Below, in pieces: positions 49,049 through 59,564 of a stretch of DNA of 64,000 bases. The stretch's first letter is position 1. Each line of letters starts with the position of its first letter. Under the pieces are notes generated by a model. The model saw nothing but the letters and a program-made list of their open reading frames with translations. It did no database searches and was not told where the DNA came from. The stretch is from an uncultured Alphaproteobacteria bacterium (GTDB taxonomy: Bacteria; Pseudomonadota; Alphaproteobacteria; RF32; CAG-239): NCBI GenBank assembly GCA_944392295.1, contig CALXWE010000001.1, forward strand, positions 67,239 through 131,238. The letters are read 5' to 3'. Position numbers and translations under genes: made by a program.

Positions 49049-49477
49049 TTAAAAGATTTCATGCAGATACATACTGTGTGGAAAAATAAAAATATGCACA
49101 AAGAGCCATACAAAAGAAAAAACACGGGCAAACCAAACAATCCGATTTTTTTGATTATAAATCCACCAGCCGAGCAACACCATCAGATTATCACAAATCA
49201 ATCGGTTGCTCCAATGTTCCACGCCTTGCAGCCAAAAAGCAACAGCTTGACCGCCGAGGCCGATCTCCAGATAATGCTCCAAAGTTTCCCACATATAGGC
49301 CGCCAAAAGGGTTAAAATAAAGCTGATGCGCAATTTCAAACGGTCGGAAACATCTTCATCACCGACAATTTTTTTTGTCATCCATGCCGCAAAACAGGCC
49401 ACGGATATCCCCATGATGATATGCTCAATTGACCAAACGTCAAAAGATGCTTCTGTTTTTAATCCCCACCAAACCAT
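49049..49477 (-). CDS. hypothetical membrane protein
   Basis: 4 TM segments. Confidence 0.45.
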   Translation of the reverse strand: MVWWGLKTEASFDVWSIEHIIMGISVACFAAWMTKKIVGDEDVSDRLKLRISFILTLLAAYMWETLEHYLEIGLGGQAVAFWLQGVEHWSNRLICDNLMVLLGWWIYNQKNRIVWFARVFSFVWLFVHIFIFPHSMYLHEIF

Positions 49478-49668
49478 AGAATAAAAAATTCCTGAAACGA
49501 TATGTCGGCTTAATTGTTATGAATAAGACTTTTAATTTTTTTCTTAAAGTTTGTCAACAAATATAAAAGAAAAGCACAGAATTTACGGCAAGTTTTTTTA
49601 TAACTTGACTTTTGAGCTAAAAAACGCAACAGTATGGTAGTTTATGCAACTAAAAATCGGAAAAAACA

Positions 49669-50430
49669 ATGGTGAAATTATCTGTTTATATTGTAACCTT
49701 AAATGAAGAATTACGCTTAGAAAGAACCTTAAAAGCCGCTTCTAAAGTCGCTGATGAAATTGTTATTGTCGACAGCGGCAGTACGGATAAAACGGAGGCT
49801 ATTGCCAAGAAATACAAGGCCAAGTTTCTTTTTCATAAATGGAAAAACATTTCTTCACAAAAGCATTTTGCTCAAAACAAATGCAAGAATGATTGGGTGC
49901 TTTCTTTGGATTCGGATGAAGTTTTATCTGATGAGCTGATTAAAGAAATCAATCAACTCAAAAAAGCACCGCAAGCAGATGCGTATAAAGTTAAAATTCG
50001 TGATATGCTTCCCGGAGATGTTAAGCCCCGGTTGTTTGCCAAGAGCTATAATCAAGTTCGTTTGTATAACCGAAACAAAGCCAATATGCCCGATGATTTA
50101 ACTCATGACAGGGTAGTGCTTGGACCGGATTGTTCGGTTATAGAGCTTAAAAACATTATTCACCACTATTCGTATGTGTCTTTGACACAGTTATGGTTTA
50201 AGCTTAATATGTATACCGATGAGTTGGTACATACGGCTGTGGTAAAAAACAAGAAGTATTCACGCTTACGGCTTTATACGGAAATGCCGCGCCAGTTTTT
50301 GTTTTACTATTTTGTACGTCGCTATTGTATGTATGGAACGTGCGGTTTCTGGATGGCAACATCGTATGCTTATTTCCGCTTTTTAAAGATAGCCAAGTGG
50401 TTTGAGTATCAAGCTTTGCATAAAAAATAA
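49669..50430 (+). CDS. glycosyltransferase family 2 (LPS-core-type), tandem paralog 1
   Basis: LSVYIVTLNEE...IVIVDSGSTD...SLDSDE (DxD). Confidence 0.75.
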   Translation: MVKLSVYIVTLNEELRLERTLKAASKVADEIVIVDSGSTDKTEAIAKKYKAKFLFHKWKNISSQKHFAQNKCKNDWVLSLDSDEVLSDELIKEINQLKKAPQADAYKVKIRDMLPGDVKPRLFAKSYNQVRLYNRNKANMPDDLTHDRVVLGPDCSVIELKNIIHHYSYVSLTQLWFKLNMYTDELVHTAVVKNKKYSRLRLYTEMPRQFLFYYFVRRYCMYGTCGFWMATSYAYFRFLKIAKWFEYQALHKK

Positions 50431-50439
50431 GATTTTTAG

Positions 50440-51213
50440 ATGATAAAGTTATCTGTTTATATCATAACCTTTAATGAAGAGCAACGCCTGGAAAAAACCT
50501 TAAAGGCAGCATCCAAAGTGGCAGATGAAATTGTTGTCGTGGATAGCGGCAGTACCGATAAAACACTTGAGATTGCAAAAAAACATAAAGCAAAGGTTAT
50601 ACAGCATAAATGGGAGACTTATTGTAAGCAAAAATCTTTTGCCGAAAAGCAGTGTACCAATGATTGGGTTTTGATGCTAGATGCCGATGAGGTTTTATCA
50701 GACGAACTGATTAAGGAAATTAAAATCTTAAAGCGTCATGAACCGCCTTTTAAGGCTTATAATATCAAAATTTGCAATATGTTTTTGCAAGATAAAAAGC
50801 CGCGTTTATTTGCTCAAAGTTTTAATGTAGTACGACTTTATAATCGCCAGTTTGCTCATATGCCGCCGGATTTGTATAATAAAGACAGAGTTAGAGTAAA
50901 TGAAGGAGAAAAAGTAGGTCAACTGCAAGGTAAAATTCATCATTATTGTTTCTTTAGCTTAGAGCAGGCAACTTCAAAGTACAACTTGCACAGTTTAGAG
51001 CTTGTGCATACGGCAATAGCTGAAAATCGACGATTTTCGCGATTGCGACTATATACGGAATTTCCGCGTCAGTTTTTGCATTATTATTTCATTAAACGGT
51101 ATTGTTTGCTAGGGACGCAAGGTTTTATTCAGGCAATGTTTTTAGCAAACTTCCGCTTTTTAAAAATAGCCAAGTGGTTTGAAAGCCAAAAACCGCACAA
51201 AGAATACAAATAA
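50440..51213 (+). CDS. glycosyltransferase family 2, tandem paralog 2
   Basis: Paralog of preceding gene. Confidence 0.75.
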   Translation: MIKLSVYIITFNEEQRLEKTLKAASKVADEIVVVDSGSTDKTLEIAKKHKAKVIQHKWETYCKQKSFAEKQCTNDWVLMLDADEVLSDELIKEIKILKRHEPPFKAYNIKICNMFLQDKKPRLFAQSFNVVRLYNRQFAHMPPDLYNKDRVRVNEGEKVGQLQGKIHHYCFFSLEQATSKYNLHSLELVHTAIAENRRFSRLRLYTEFPRQFLHYYFIKRYCLLGTQGFIQAMFLANFRFLKIAKWFESQKPHKEYK

Positions 51214-51276
51214 TATTTTTGTTCAACAAACAAAAAAGGCTCGCTAAAGCGAGCCTTTTTTAGATAAGCAATAAGC

Positions 51277-52107
51277 TTAAAATTCTGATAAAACCTTAGC
51301 GCTTTCTTGAACGTTGTTAAGGCTCATCATGGCAATTTTGTTATAACCGTTATCAACGTGAACAACTTCGCCGGTAATGGCAACGCCTAAAGGAGACAAC
51401 AAAGCCAAAGCAGCACGACCAACTTCTTCTTGAGTAACGTTACGTTGTAAAGGAGCGTTTAATTCGTTCCAACGCAAGATTTTTCTAAAATCACCGATAC
51501 CGGAAGCTGCCAAAGTTTTAATCGGTCCGGCAGAAATAGCGTTAACACGAACACCCTGTAAGCCCAAATCAACAGCGGCATAACGAACGGAAGCTTCCAA
51601 TGCAGCCTTAGCAACGCCCATAATGTTGTAGTTAGGCAAAACTCTTTCAGCGCCTAAGTAAGTTAAAGTTACGATAGAACCACCTTCATTCATAATCGTA
51701 GAAGCGCAACGACAAGTTTCAATAAATGAATAGCATGAAATGTGCATAGTATTTAAGAAGTTGTCCAAAGTGGTATCAATGGTACGACCTTTTAATTGAT
51801 CCTTATCGGAGAAGGCAATAGCATGAACAACAAAGTCGATTTTGCCCCATTTTTCACCCAATTCTTTAAAGCAGGCTTCAACAGAAGCAGAGTCTGAAAC
51901 ATCGCATTTAATGAGCAACGGAGAGTTTCCAAGTTGTTCAGCCAAGGGTTTAACTCTTTTTTCGAGAGCTTCATTTTGGTAAGAAATGGCAATTTGAGCA
52001 CCTTGCTCGTTCAAAGCTTTAGCAATACCCCAAGCGATGGAGTGGTCATTAGCCAAGCCCATAATTAAACCTTTTTTACCTTCCATAAGAGGATTAACTG
52101 TAGTCAT
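51277..52107 (-). CDS. fabI: enoyl-[acyl-carrier-protein] reductase (NADH)
   Basis: GKKGLIMGLANDHSIAWGIAKAL N-terminus, SDR fold. Confidence 0.9.
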   Translation of the reverse strand: MTTVNPLMEGKKGLIMGLANDHSIAWGIAKALNEQGAQIAISYQNEALEKRVKPLAEQLGNSPLLIKCDVSDSASVEACFKELGEKWGKIDFVVHAIAFSDKDQLKGRTIDTTLDNFLNTMHISCYSFIETCRCASTIMNEGGSIVTLTYLGAERVLPNYNIMGVAKAALEASVRYAAVDLGLQGVRVNAISAGPIKTLAASGIGDFRKILRWNELNAPLQRNVTQEEVGRAALALLSPLGVAITGEVVHVDNGYNKIAMMSLNNVQESAKVLSEF

Positions 52108-52215
52108 TTTATATTTTCCTTTTGCGTTTTAAAAAAATTAATATAAATTAATGCTAAGAGGATATTTATCCAATAATGTTGGTTTTGTAAACAATTTTTT
52201 TAAAGAAGAAGAAAA

Positions 52216-53127
52216 ATGTGTTGGAAAAGTAAGATTATAGATGTTATTCGTGAAGTCCGTGAGTTTTTATATTTTCTTATGAAAAGGGCTCAAAACGATA
52301 CAATTTTGCGAGTAGCATCATCGCTTAGTTATACATCGCTTATTGCCATGGTGCCGGTTTTGGCTATTGCGCTGGCCATATTTTCAGCATTTCCGGTGTT
52401 TAACGATGTAAGGCAGCAAGTTCAAGAGATAATAATAAATAATGTGGTTCCCGATGCCGGACAAGACATTAATATGTATTTTACGCAGTTTATCAATGCT
52501 GCAGCTAAATTAACCACTATTGGTGTAATCGGTATTATTTTGACGGCAATTTTACTGTTATCCACAATAGAGAACAGCTTCAATTTTATATTTAAGGTTA
52601 CAAGACCGCGTCGCTTTACGACCAAGATTACTTTGTATTGGACAATTATAACATTAGGACCCTTGTTGCTTGGCGTGGCATTTTCCATGAAGGGATATGT
52701 GGCGTTTAACGATGTTTTGCAAAGCATTCCCGAGTTAAATGTTATGCTGGGTACGATATTGCCGTTTTTATTAACCTGGCTGGTGTTGACAAGTGTGTAT
52801 GTATTTGTGCCCAATAAGCGGGTAGGGTTTTTAAATGCGGTAGCCGGAGCCTTTGTGGCCTTGTGCCTGTTTTGGATATTAAGGAATGGTTTTTCTCTGT
52901 TTTTTGTAAAGAACAGTACGTATAAAACATTGTACGGAGCGGTAGCGGCCGTGCCGATGATGTTAATTTGGATGTATTTATACTGGGCGGCGGTAATCTT
53001 CGGAGCAGTTTTTACGGCGGCTTTGGAAGAATATCGTCAGCTGGACAGACGCAGTTTAAATAAGATTATTGTCAGCGGTCAACCTAACAACAGAGGGAAA
53101 AAGAAGTTTAATAATATACACAGATAA
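52216..53127 (+). CDS. YihY/BrkB-family membrane protein
   Basis: Typical 6-TM YihY profile. Confidence 0.7.
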   Translation: MCWKSKIIDVIREVREFLYFLMKRAQNDTILRVASSLSYTSLIAMVPVLAIALAIFSAFPVFNDVRQQVQEIIINNVVPDAGQDINMYFTQFINAAAKLTTIGVIGIILTAILLLSTIENSFNFIFKVTRPRRFTTKITLYWTIITLGPLLLGVAFSMKGYVAFNDVLQSIPELNVMLGTILPFLLTWLVLTSVYVFVPNKRVGFLNAVAGAFVALCLFWILRNGFSLFFVKNSTYKTLYGAVAAVPMMLIWMYLYWAAVIFGAVFTAALEEYRQLDRRSLNKIIVSGQPNNRGKKKFNNIHR

Positions 53128-53197
53128 AAAATAGTTCTTGCAAACAGAACAAAAATAGAACATAAGAGTTAATAGTAACAATAAAAGGAAAGAAAAC

Positions 53198-54226
53198 ATG
53201 GAGAAAGATAAAGCCCTTGATGCGGCATTAAGCCAAATAGAAAGAGCCTTTGGTAAAGGTTCAATCATGCGCTTAGGTCAAAGCACCAATATAGATATTG
53301 AGGCTATTTCGACCGGTTCTTTGGGAATTGATATTGCCTTAGGTATCGGAGGATTGCCCAAAGGACGTATAGTTGAAATATATGGTCCGGAAAGTTCCGG
53401 TAAAACAACTTTGGCATTAAGCGTAATTGCTCAAGCTCAGAAAAAAGGCGGAACTTGTGCCTTTATAGATGCCGAGCACGCTTTGGATCCGTCTTATGCC
53501 AAGAAGATTGGTGTAGATATTGAAAACTTGCTGATATCTCAGCCTGATGCCGGTGAACAAGCTCTGGAAATTGCCGATACATTGGTAAGATCAGGAGCTA
53601 TTGACGTGTTGGTAGTAGACTCGGTTGCCGCCTTAGTACCTAAGGCCGAGTTGGAAGGTGAAATGGGAGATTCGCACATGGGCTTGCAAGCTCGTTTAAT
53701 GAGCCAAGCTTTAAGAAAGCTAACATCAACGGTATCTCGCTCCAATACCTTAATTATATTCATTAACCAGATTCGTATGAAAATCGGTGTAATGTTTGGC
53801 AATCCCGAAACCACGACCGGTGGTAACGCCTTAAAGTTCTACGCTTCGGTTAGAATGGATATTCGCCGTATCGGAGCTATTAAGGACAAAGACGATGTAA
53901 TCGGCAGTCAGACACGAGTTAAAATTGTTAAAAACAAGGTAGCTCCTCCGTTTAAGACGGTAGATTTTGACATTATGTACGGTGAGGGCATATCCAAAAC
54001 CGGTGAATTGATAGATTTGGGCGTTAAAGCCGGCATAGTAGAAAAATCGGGAGCATGGTTCTCTTATAAAGGTGAAAAACTCGGTCAAGGCAGAGAAAAT
54101 GCTAAGTTATATTTAAGAGATAATCCGAGTGTTGCTGAAGAAATTGAAAGCAAAATCAGAGCCGATGCCGGTCACTTAACGACCGAAATGATAGGCGATG
54201 ATGAACCTATTGAAAGCGAAGATTAA
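53198..54226 (+). CDS. recA: recombinase RecA
   Basis: GPESSGKTT Walker A, full-length conservation. Confidence 0.97.
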   Translation: MEKDKALDAALSQIERAFGKGSIMRLGQSTNIDIEAISTGSLGIDIALGIGGLPKGRIVEIYGPESSGKTTLALSVIAQAQKKGGTCAFIDAEHALDPSYAKKIGVDIENLLISQPDAGEQALEIADTLVRSGAIDVLVVDSVAALVPKAELEGEMGDSHMGLQARLMSQALRKLTSTVSRSNTLIIFINQIRMKIGVMFGNPETTTGGNALKFYASVRMDIRRIGAIKDKDDVIGSQTRVKIVKNKVAPPFKTVDFDIMYGEGISKTGELIDLGVKAGIVEKSGAWFSYKGEKLGQGRENAKLYLRDNPSVAEEIESKIRADAGHLTTEMIGDDEPIESED

Positions 54227-54318
54227 GTATTAAATAAGTCTTAGGCAGAACGTATAATTAAGCCCCGCAAATTTGCGGGGCTTAATTATTACGATAGCAA
54301 CAAACTGCTGAGTATGCG

Positions 54319-54957
54319 TTAAATCCACAAGATGTTAATCCATGAACGTTTACCATCTAAATCGGCACATATATCACCGATTTTAGTTAAGGTTAAATCT
54401 CTTAAACATGAATTTTTAGATGTGTTGCAATACTTATCGCCGTAATACTCATATAGGGAACCGCCGTTACCTACCTGAGGCGTAACTTTCCATAAATCGG
54501 CGTGCATTTGCTGTACAACGGTTAAAATATTTTGGCATGAGTTGAAATCAACATACGAGTTAGCAATTATATTGTTATCGTGTTCAACAGTAAGCCGAAA
54601 ATAACCATCGCCATAAGCATTTCCCTCTCTAACCCAATATAGTAGTATTAAATTGCCCATAGCATCTTCAAATCCCTGATTTCTATACACCTCATTAGCA
54701 GGAATAAGCCCTAGCTTGTACATAACAGGAACTAAATATGTAAAAGAAGAACTAACATTTTGTGCATTAAATTCAGGGCGATTATACAACTCGAAGGCAT
54801 TATATATAAGGGTTGATATTTGCTCGGCTTGTTTATTAAGTTTATACTTCATCATTGCCTTTGAGTAGCCGGAAATGGCGCCGATAGATAAAACGCCAAT
54901 GATAGCAAGAACGCCGAGCATTTCGACCATAGACCGCCCAAGTTGACTAAATTTCAT
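54319..54957 (-). CDS. type IV pilin-like protein, paralog 5
   Basis: MKFSQLGRSMVEMLGVLAIIGVLSIGAISGYSKAMMKYKLNKQAE. Confidence 0.75.
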   Translation of the reverse strand: MKFSQLGRSMVEMLGVLAIIGVLSIGAISGYSKAMMKYKLNKQAEQISTLIYNAFELYNRPEFNAQNVSSSFTYLVPVMYKLGLIPANEVYRNQGFEDAMGNLILLYWVREGNAYGDGYFRLTVEHDNNIIANSYVDFNSCQNILTVVQQMHADLWKVTPQVGNGGSLYEYYGDKYCNTSKNSCLRDLTLTKIGDICADLDGKRSWINILWI

Positions 54958-55040
54958 CTAAAACCTCCAAAGTTTTATTTGTTAAAGGACTTTAAACGAA
55001 ATCATAAACTGTTTTTTTTTTTTGCAACTTTAAAAGGAGC
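54958..55040 (-). promoter_or_regulatory. conserved pilin upstream element (T13 tract)
   Basis: Same element. Confidence 0.6.
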
Positions 55041-55181
55041 AATGTCCCCAAAGAATAAGCGATGTAAATAAAATTTAGAAAAATACAAAAAAAATTAAAT
55101 AGGCTATTGCTTAATGGTATTTGGCTACCTATATAACCCTTTAGAAAAAAGTTTTTTACTAATAAAATAAAAGGATTAGTC

Positions 55182-57104
55182 ATGAGTAATAAAGTTATAG
55201 GTATAGATTTAGGTACAACAAACTCCTGCTTTGCCGTTATGGATGGTGGAGAAGCTAAGGTTTTGGAAAACTCTGAAGGTGCTCGTACCACACCTTCAAT
55301 GGTTGCTTTTACCGACAATGAACGTCTGGTCGGCGCGGCTGCTAAACGTCAGGCTGTTACCAATGCCGAAAACACATTGTTTGCTATTAAACGTTTAATC
55401 GGTCGTCGTTACGATTCTCCGGAAGTCCAAAAAGATAAAGCTACCGCTCCGTTTAAAATCGTTGAAGGCGATAACGGTGATGCTTGGGTTGAAGTTAAAG
55501 GTCAAAAATATGCTCCTTCACAAATTTCAGCCATGGTTTTGCAAAAAATTAAAGAGTATGCAGAAAGTTATTTAGGTGAAAAGATTGAAAAAGCAGTTAT
55601 TACCGTTCCTGCATATTTTAACGACTCACAACGTCAGGCAACAAAAGATGCCGGTAAGATTGCCGGATTAGACGTATTGCGTATCATTAACGAGCCGACG
55701 GCCGCTGCATTGGCTTACGGTTTGGATAAAAAAGCCTCCGGCACGATTGCTGTTTACGACTTAGGTGGTGGTACGTTTGATATTTCTATTTTGGAAATCG
55801 GTGATGGCGTATTTGAAGTTAAATCAACTAACGGTGATACGTTCTTGGGTGGTGAAGATTTCGACCAGAGGATTGTTAACTACTTGGCTGATGAATTCAA
55901 AAAAGATACCGGTATTGATTTGAAAACCGATAAGTTGGCTTTGCAACGCTTGAAGGAAGCTGCCGAAAAGGCCAAAATTGAATTGTCTTCTGCAACTCAG
56001 ACTGATGTAAACTTGCCGTTTATTACAGCTGATGCAACCGGTCCTAAACACTTAAACATCAAATTAACTCGTGCCAAATTAGAATCTTTGGTAGATGATT
56101 TGATTGACAGAACCGTAGCTCCTTGTGAGAAGGCTTTGGCCGATGCCGGATTAAAAGCCAGCGACATCAGTGAAGTCATCTTGGTTGGTGGTATGACTCG
56201 TATGCCGAAAGTACAAGAAAAAGTAAAAGAGATTTTCGGTAAAGAACCGCATAAAGGTGTAAACCCGGATGAAGTAGTTGCCGTCGGTGCCGCTATTCAA
56301 GGTGGTGTATTGATGGGCGATGTTAAAGATGTATTGCTGCTTGATGTAACTCCGTTGTCATTAGGTATTGAGACTTTGGGTGGTGTATTTACTCGTTTGA
56401 TTGATAGAAACACGACCATTCCGACCCGTAAGTCGCAAGTATTCTCAACAGCCGAAGACGGACAAACGGCAGTAACCATTAGAGTCTTCCAGGGTGAACG
56501 TGAAATTGCCGCCCACAACAAACTGTTAGGTCAGTTTGACTTGGTAGGTATTCCGCCGGCACCGCGTGGTATGCCGCAAATTGAGGTTACCTTTGATATT
56601 GATGCCAACGGTATTGTAAACGTATCAGCTAAAGATAAGGCAACCGGCAAAGAGCAGGCCATTCGTATTCAAGCCTCGGGCGGTTTGTCTGATGCCGATA
56701 TTGAAAAGATGGTAAAAGATGCCGAAGCTAACGCCGAAGCTGATAAGAAGAAAAAAGAAGAAGTTGAAGCTCGTAACCAAGCCGAAGCTTTGATGCACTC
56801 TACCGAGAAGACATTAAAAGAAAATGCCGACAAAGTAAGTGCCGCCGATAAGACTGCTATTGAAGAGGCTATTGCTGCTTTGAAGACAGCCTTGGAAGGT
56901 ACTGATGTTAACGCCATTAAAGAAAAGAGCGATGCCTTAATGCAAGCTTCATTAAAATTGGGTGAAGCTATGTATAAAGCTCAAGGTGCTGCCGGAGCCT
57001 CCACGGCCGGAGCGACCGGAGCCGAGAGCGGAACTCAAGGTTCAAACGCTAACAACGGCGGAGACGACAAAGTAGTTGATGCCGACTACGAAGAAGTTAA
57101 GTAA
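55182..57104 (+). CDS. dnaK: molecular chaperone DnaK
   Basis: [19 protein letters not shown] motifs, full length. Confidence 0.97.
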   Translation: MSNKVIGIDLGTTNSCFAVMDGGEAKVLENSEGARTTPSMVAFTDNERLVGAAAKRQAVTNAENTLFAIKRLIGRRYDSPEVQKDKATAPFKIVEGDNGDAWVEVKGQKYAPSQISAMVLQKIKEYAESYLGEKIEKAVITVPAYFNDSQRQATKDAGKIAGLDVLRIINEPTAAALAYGLDKKASGTIAVYDLGGGTFDISILEIGDGVFEVKSTNGDTFLGGEDFDQRIVNYLADEFKKDTGIDLKTDKLALQRLKEAAEKAKIELSSATQTDVNLPFITADATGPKHLNIKLTRAKLESLVDDLIDRTVAPCEKALADAGLKASDISEVILVGGMTRMPKVQEKVKEIFGKEPHKGVNPDEVVAVGAAIQGGVLMGDVKDVLLLDVTPLSLGIETLGGVFTRLIDRNTTIPTRKSQVFSTAEDGQTAVTIRVFQGEREIAAHNKLLGQFDLVGIPPAPRGMPQIEVTFDIDANGIVNVSAKDKATGKEQAIRIQASGGLSDADIEKMVKDAEANAEADKKKKEEVEARNQAEALMHSTEKTLKENADKVSAADKTAIEEAIAALKTALEGTDVNAIKEKSDALMQASLKLGEAMYKAQGAAGASTAGATGAESGTQGSNANNGGDDKVVDADYEEVK

Positions 57105-57194
57105 TCAAAGAGCTTAGCTTACAAAAACCCCCATCGTTAAAAACGATGGGGGTTTTGATATAAAGCTTTTTTCCAAGTAATTATTGAAGCAAAT

Positions 57195-57800
57195 TTATTT
57201 TATTCTCAATTTTAGATGAGAATCTTCTTTATTAATATGTTCAGCACATAAATTATCTATTTCAGACATGGTTAAATCAACTAAGCATTTACTGTTGTTT
57301 GTACAGTATTTATCGCCATAGACATTACTAATTGCTTCATCTTCATTTCCATAGTTACTAAGAGAAGATACGACATAAATATCTTCATGAAACTCTTTCA
57401 CAATAGTAAAAAATTGACGACATACAGTCAGAGATTGGTCTGAATTATCAATTTTTAACAAACAATAAAGAGTGTCTCCGGTACTTTCAGAAGTTATTTG
57501 TACTTTATTTCCAAAAATATCGTAAACATAACTGTTGTCATTTTTAATCATTTCTGTTGGAATTAGATTTAATTTTATATAAGTACCAGTTATATCATAA
57601 TATTTTCCTGATGGGGTGATTTTTCCCACATATTCAACCATTGATGCAATAATTTGCCGATACTGTGCTGACATTTTATTTAGCTTATATTTCATCATTG
57701 CCTTGTTATAGCCGGAGATAGCACCTACTGATAATACTCCGATAATTGCGAGTACTCCTAACATCTCGACCATAGAGCGTCCAAGTTGATTAAATTTCAT
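57195..57800 (-). CDS. type IV pilin-like protein, paralog 6
   Basis: Same N-terminus. Confidence 0.75.
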   Translation of the reverse strand: MKFNQLGRSMVEMLGVLAIIGVLSVGAISGYNKAMMKYKLNKMSAQYRQIIASMVEYVGKITPSGKYYDITGTYIKLNLIPTEMIKNDNSYVYDIFGNKVQITSESTGDTLYCLLKIDNSDQSLTVCRQFFTIVKEFHEDIYVVSSLSNYGNEDEAISNVYGDKYCTNNSKCLVDLTMSEIDNLCAEHINKEDSHLKLRIK

Positions 57801-57888
57801 CTAAAATCTCCAAAGTTTGGGTTGTTAAAAAGCTTTAAACGAAATCATAAACCGTTTTTTTTTTTTGCAACTTTAAAAGGAATTATAT
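57801..57888 (-). promoter_or_regulatory. conserved pilin upstream element (T12)
   Basis: Same element. Confidence 0.6.
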
Positions 57889-57958
57889 GCAGGTAATGAA
57901 GAGCATAAAAAACTCCCTAAAACAATTAGGGAGTTTTTTATTGAAAATAAGTAACCGT

Positions 57959-59428
57959 TTACATTAATTTCATCAGTTCGTTAAATAATCGAACGCCAAA
58001 ACCGCTGGCTCCTTTAGGATTAAGCGGCTTTACTTTTTCTATTTTATCCATACCAGCAATGTCCAGGTGCGCCCATTTAATATTTTTATCAATAAAGCGC
58101 TGCAAGAAACAAGCTGCGGTAATTGAGCCGGCATTACGACCTTCGCTGATGTTTTTCATATCGGCAATGCTGGAATCCATCATTTTATCATATTCTTTGG
58201 TTATAGGTAATTGCCAAACTTTTTCATCAACGTTACTTCCGGCTTTGGCAACCAAATCGACAAACTTTTGGTTGTTACCCATAATACCGGCCATTTCGGT
58301 ACCCAAAGCGACCATAATTGCGCCGGTTAAAGTAGCAATATCTACCACATTTTTAACACCGAATTGTTTTTGAATATACCATAAGCAATCAGCCAATACC
58401 AACCGACCTTCGGCATCGGTATTTAATATTTCAACAGTTTGTCCTGACATTGAACGAACGATATCACCGGGGCGGGTGGCTGAGCCCGAGGGCATATTTT
58501 CAACCAAACCGACAACGGCGGCAACATTAATCGGCAATTTTTGTAAAGCTGCGGCTTTCATGGCACCGACAACGGCGGCGGCACCAGCCATATCCTGCTT
58601 CATATCCCACATACCGCTTCCGGGCTTAAGAGATATACCGCCGCTGTCAAACGTAACGCCTTTACCTACCAAGCCCAAAACAAACTCTTTACTTTGAGGG
58701 TTGCCTTGCCAGGTAATTACTGCGATGCGTGGCGGATTATTTGAGCCTTGAGCAACAGATAAAGCCAAATTAAATTCTTTTTCTTTCATGGCTTTTTCAT
58801 CTAAAATTTCAACTTTCAATCCCAAATATTCCAGACGTTTAATATCTTCGGCCATAATTGCCGGCGTCATATTATTTGCCGGTTCATTGGTCAAATCGCG
58901 TGTATAACGTACGGCATTGGCAAGAGCGGCAAAAGGAGTATAGCCGTCTTTAGAAATTACTTTACCGTCAGCGGCAAAAGCCACACTCTCAAGTTTAGGA
59001 AATTCTTCGGGTTTACGCTTGGTTAAATATTTATCAAACCTATAAGAAGATAACTCTAAGCCAAAAGCTATATTATAAGCAATTTCGGCGGTTTTAAGCT
59101 TGCAGCTTGTCGGTTTTGCAGCATAGACCACTGCCGATTGATACTTTTTGATGTAGTGATACAAATTTCCGCCCAATTTTTGCAGTTCAATTTTATCGGG
59201 GTTAAGAGCGCAACCTAAAAGCACAATTTTATTTTCAGCGGTAGCCGTGATAACAGCTTGCCCAAATTTAGGTTTAAAATTTTCACGATCAGCAATCTTG
59301 ACAAGGAGTTTAATTTCATCTTGGCTCAAAAACTTTGCCATATATTTTTTATCGAGTTTGCCACAAGCAAGAACAACCTTTACTTGATTGGGGCGTGGTT
59401 TTTTATTACTAAATACAATTTCCACCAT
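57959..59428 (-). CDS. pepA: leucyl aminopeptidase (M17)
   Basis: NTDAEGRLVLADCLWY signature. Confidence 0.9.
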   Translation of the reverse strand: MVEIVFSNKKPRPNQVKVVLACGKLDKKYMAKFLSQDEIKLLVKIADRENFKPKFGQAVITATAENKIVLLGCALNPDKIELQKLGGNLYHYIKKYQSAVVYAAKPTSCKLKTAEIAYNIAFGLELSSYRFDKYLTKRKPEEFPKLESVAFAADGKVISKDGYTPFAALANAVRYTRDLTNEPANNMTPAIMAEDIKRLEYLGLKVEILDEKAMKEKEFNLALSVAQGSNNPPRIAVITWQGNPQSKEFVLGLVGKGVTFDSGGISLKPGSGMWDMKQDMAGAAAVVGAMKAAALQKLPINVAAVVGLVENMPSGSATRPGDIVRSMSGQTVEILNTDAEGRLVLADCLWYIQKQFGVKNVVDIATLTGAIMVALGTEMAGIMGNNQKFVDLVAKAGSNVDEKVWQLPITKEYDKMMDSSIADMKNISEGRNAGSITAACFLQRFIDKNIKWAHLDIAGMDKIEKVKPLNPKGASGFGVRLFNELMKLM

Positions 59429-59564
59429 TTTATCCTCCTAAATTAATACTGCTTTAAAATATAATCACAAAAAATAAAAAAATGCTAAATATTTTAAAAT
59501 AAGCATAGACAAATAAGATTTTATATTTTACACTTTAGACAAAACAATAAAAAAGGTTGTAACA

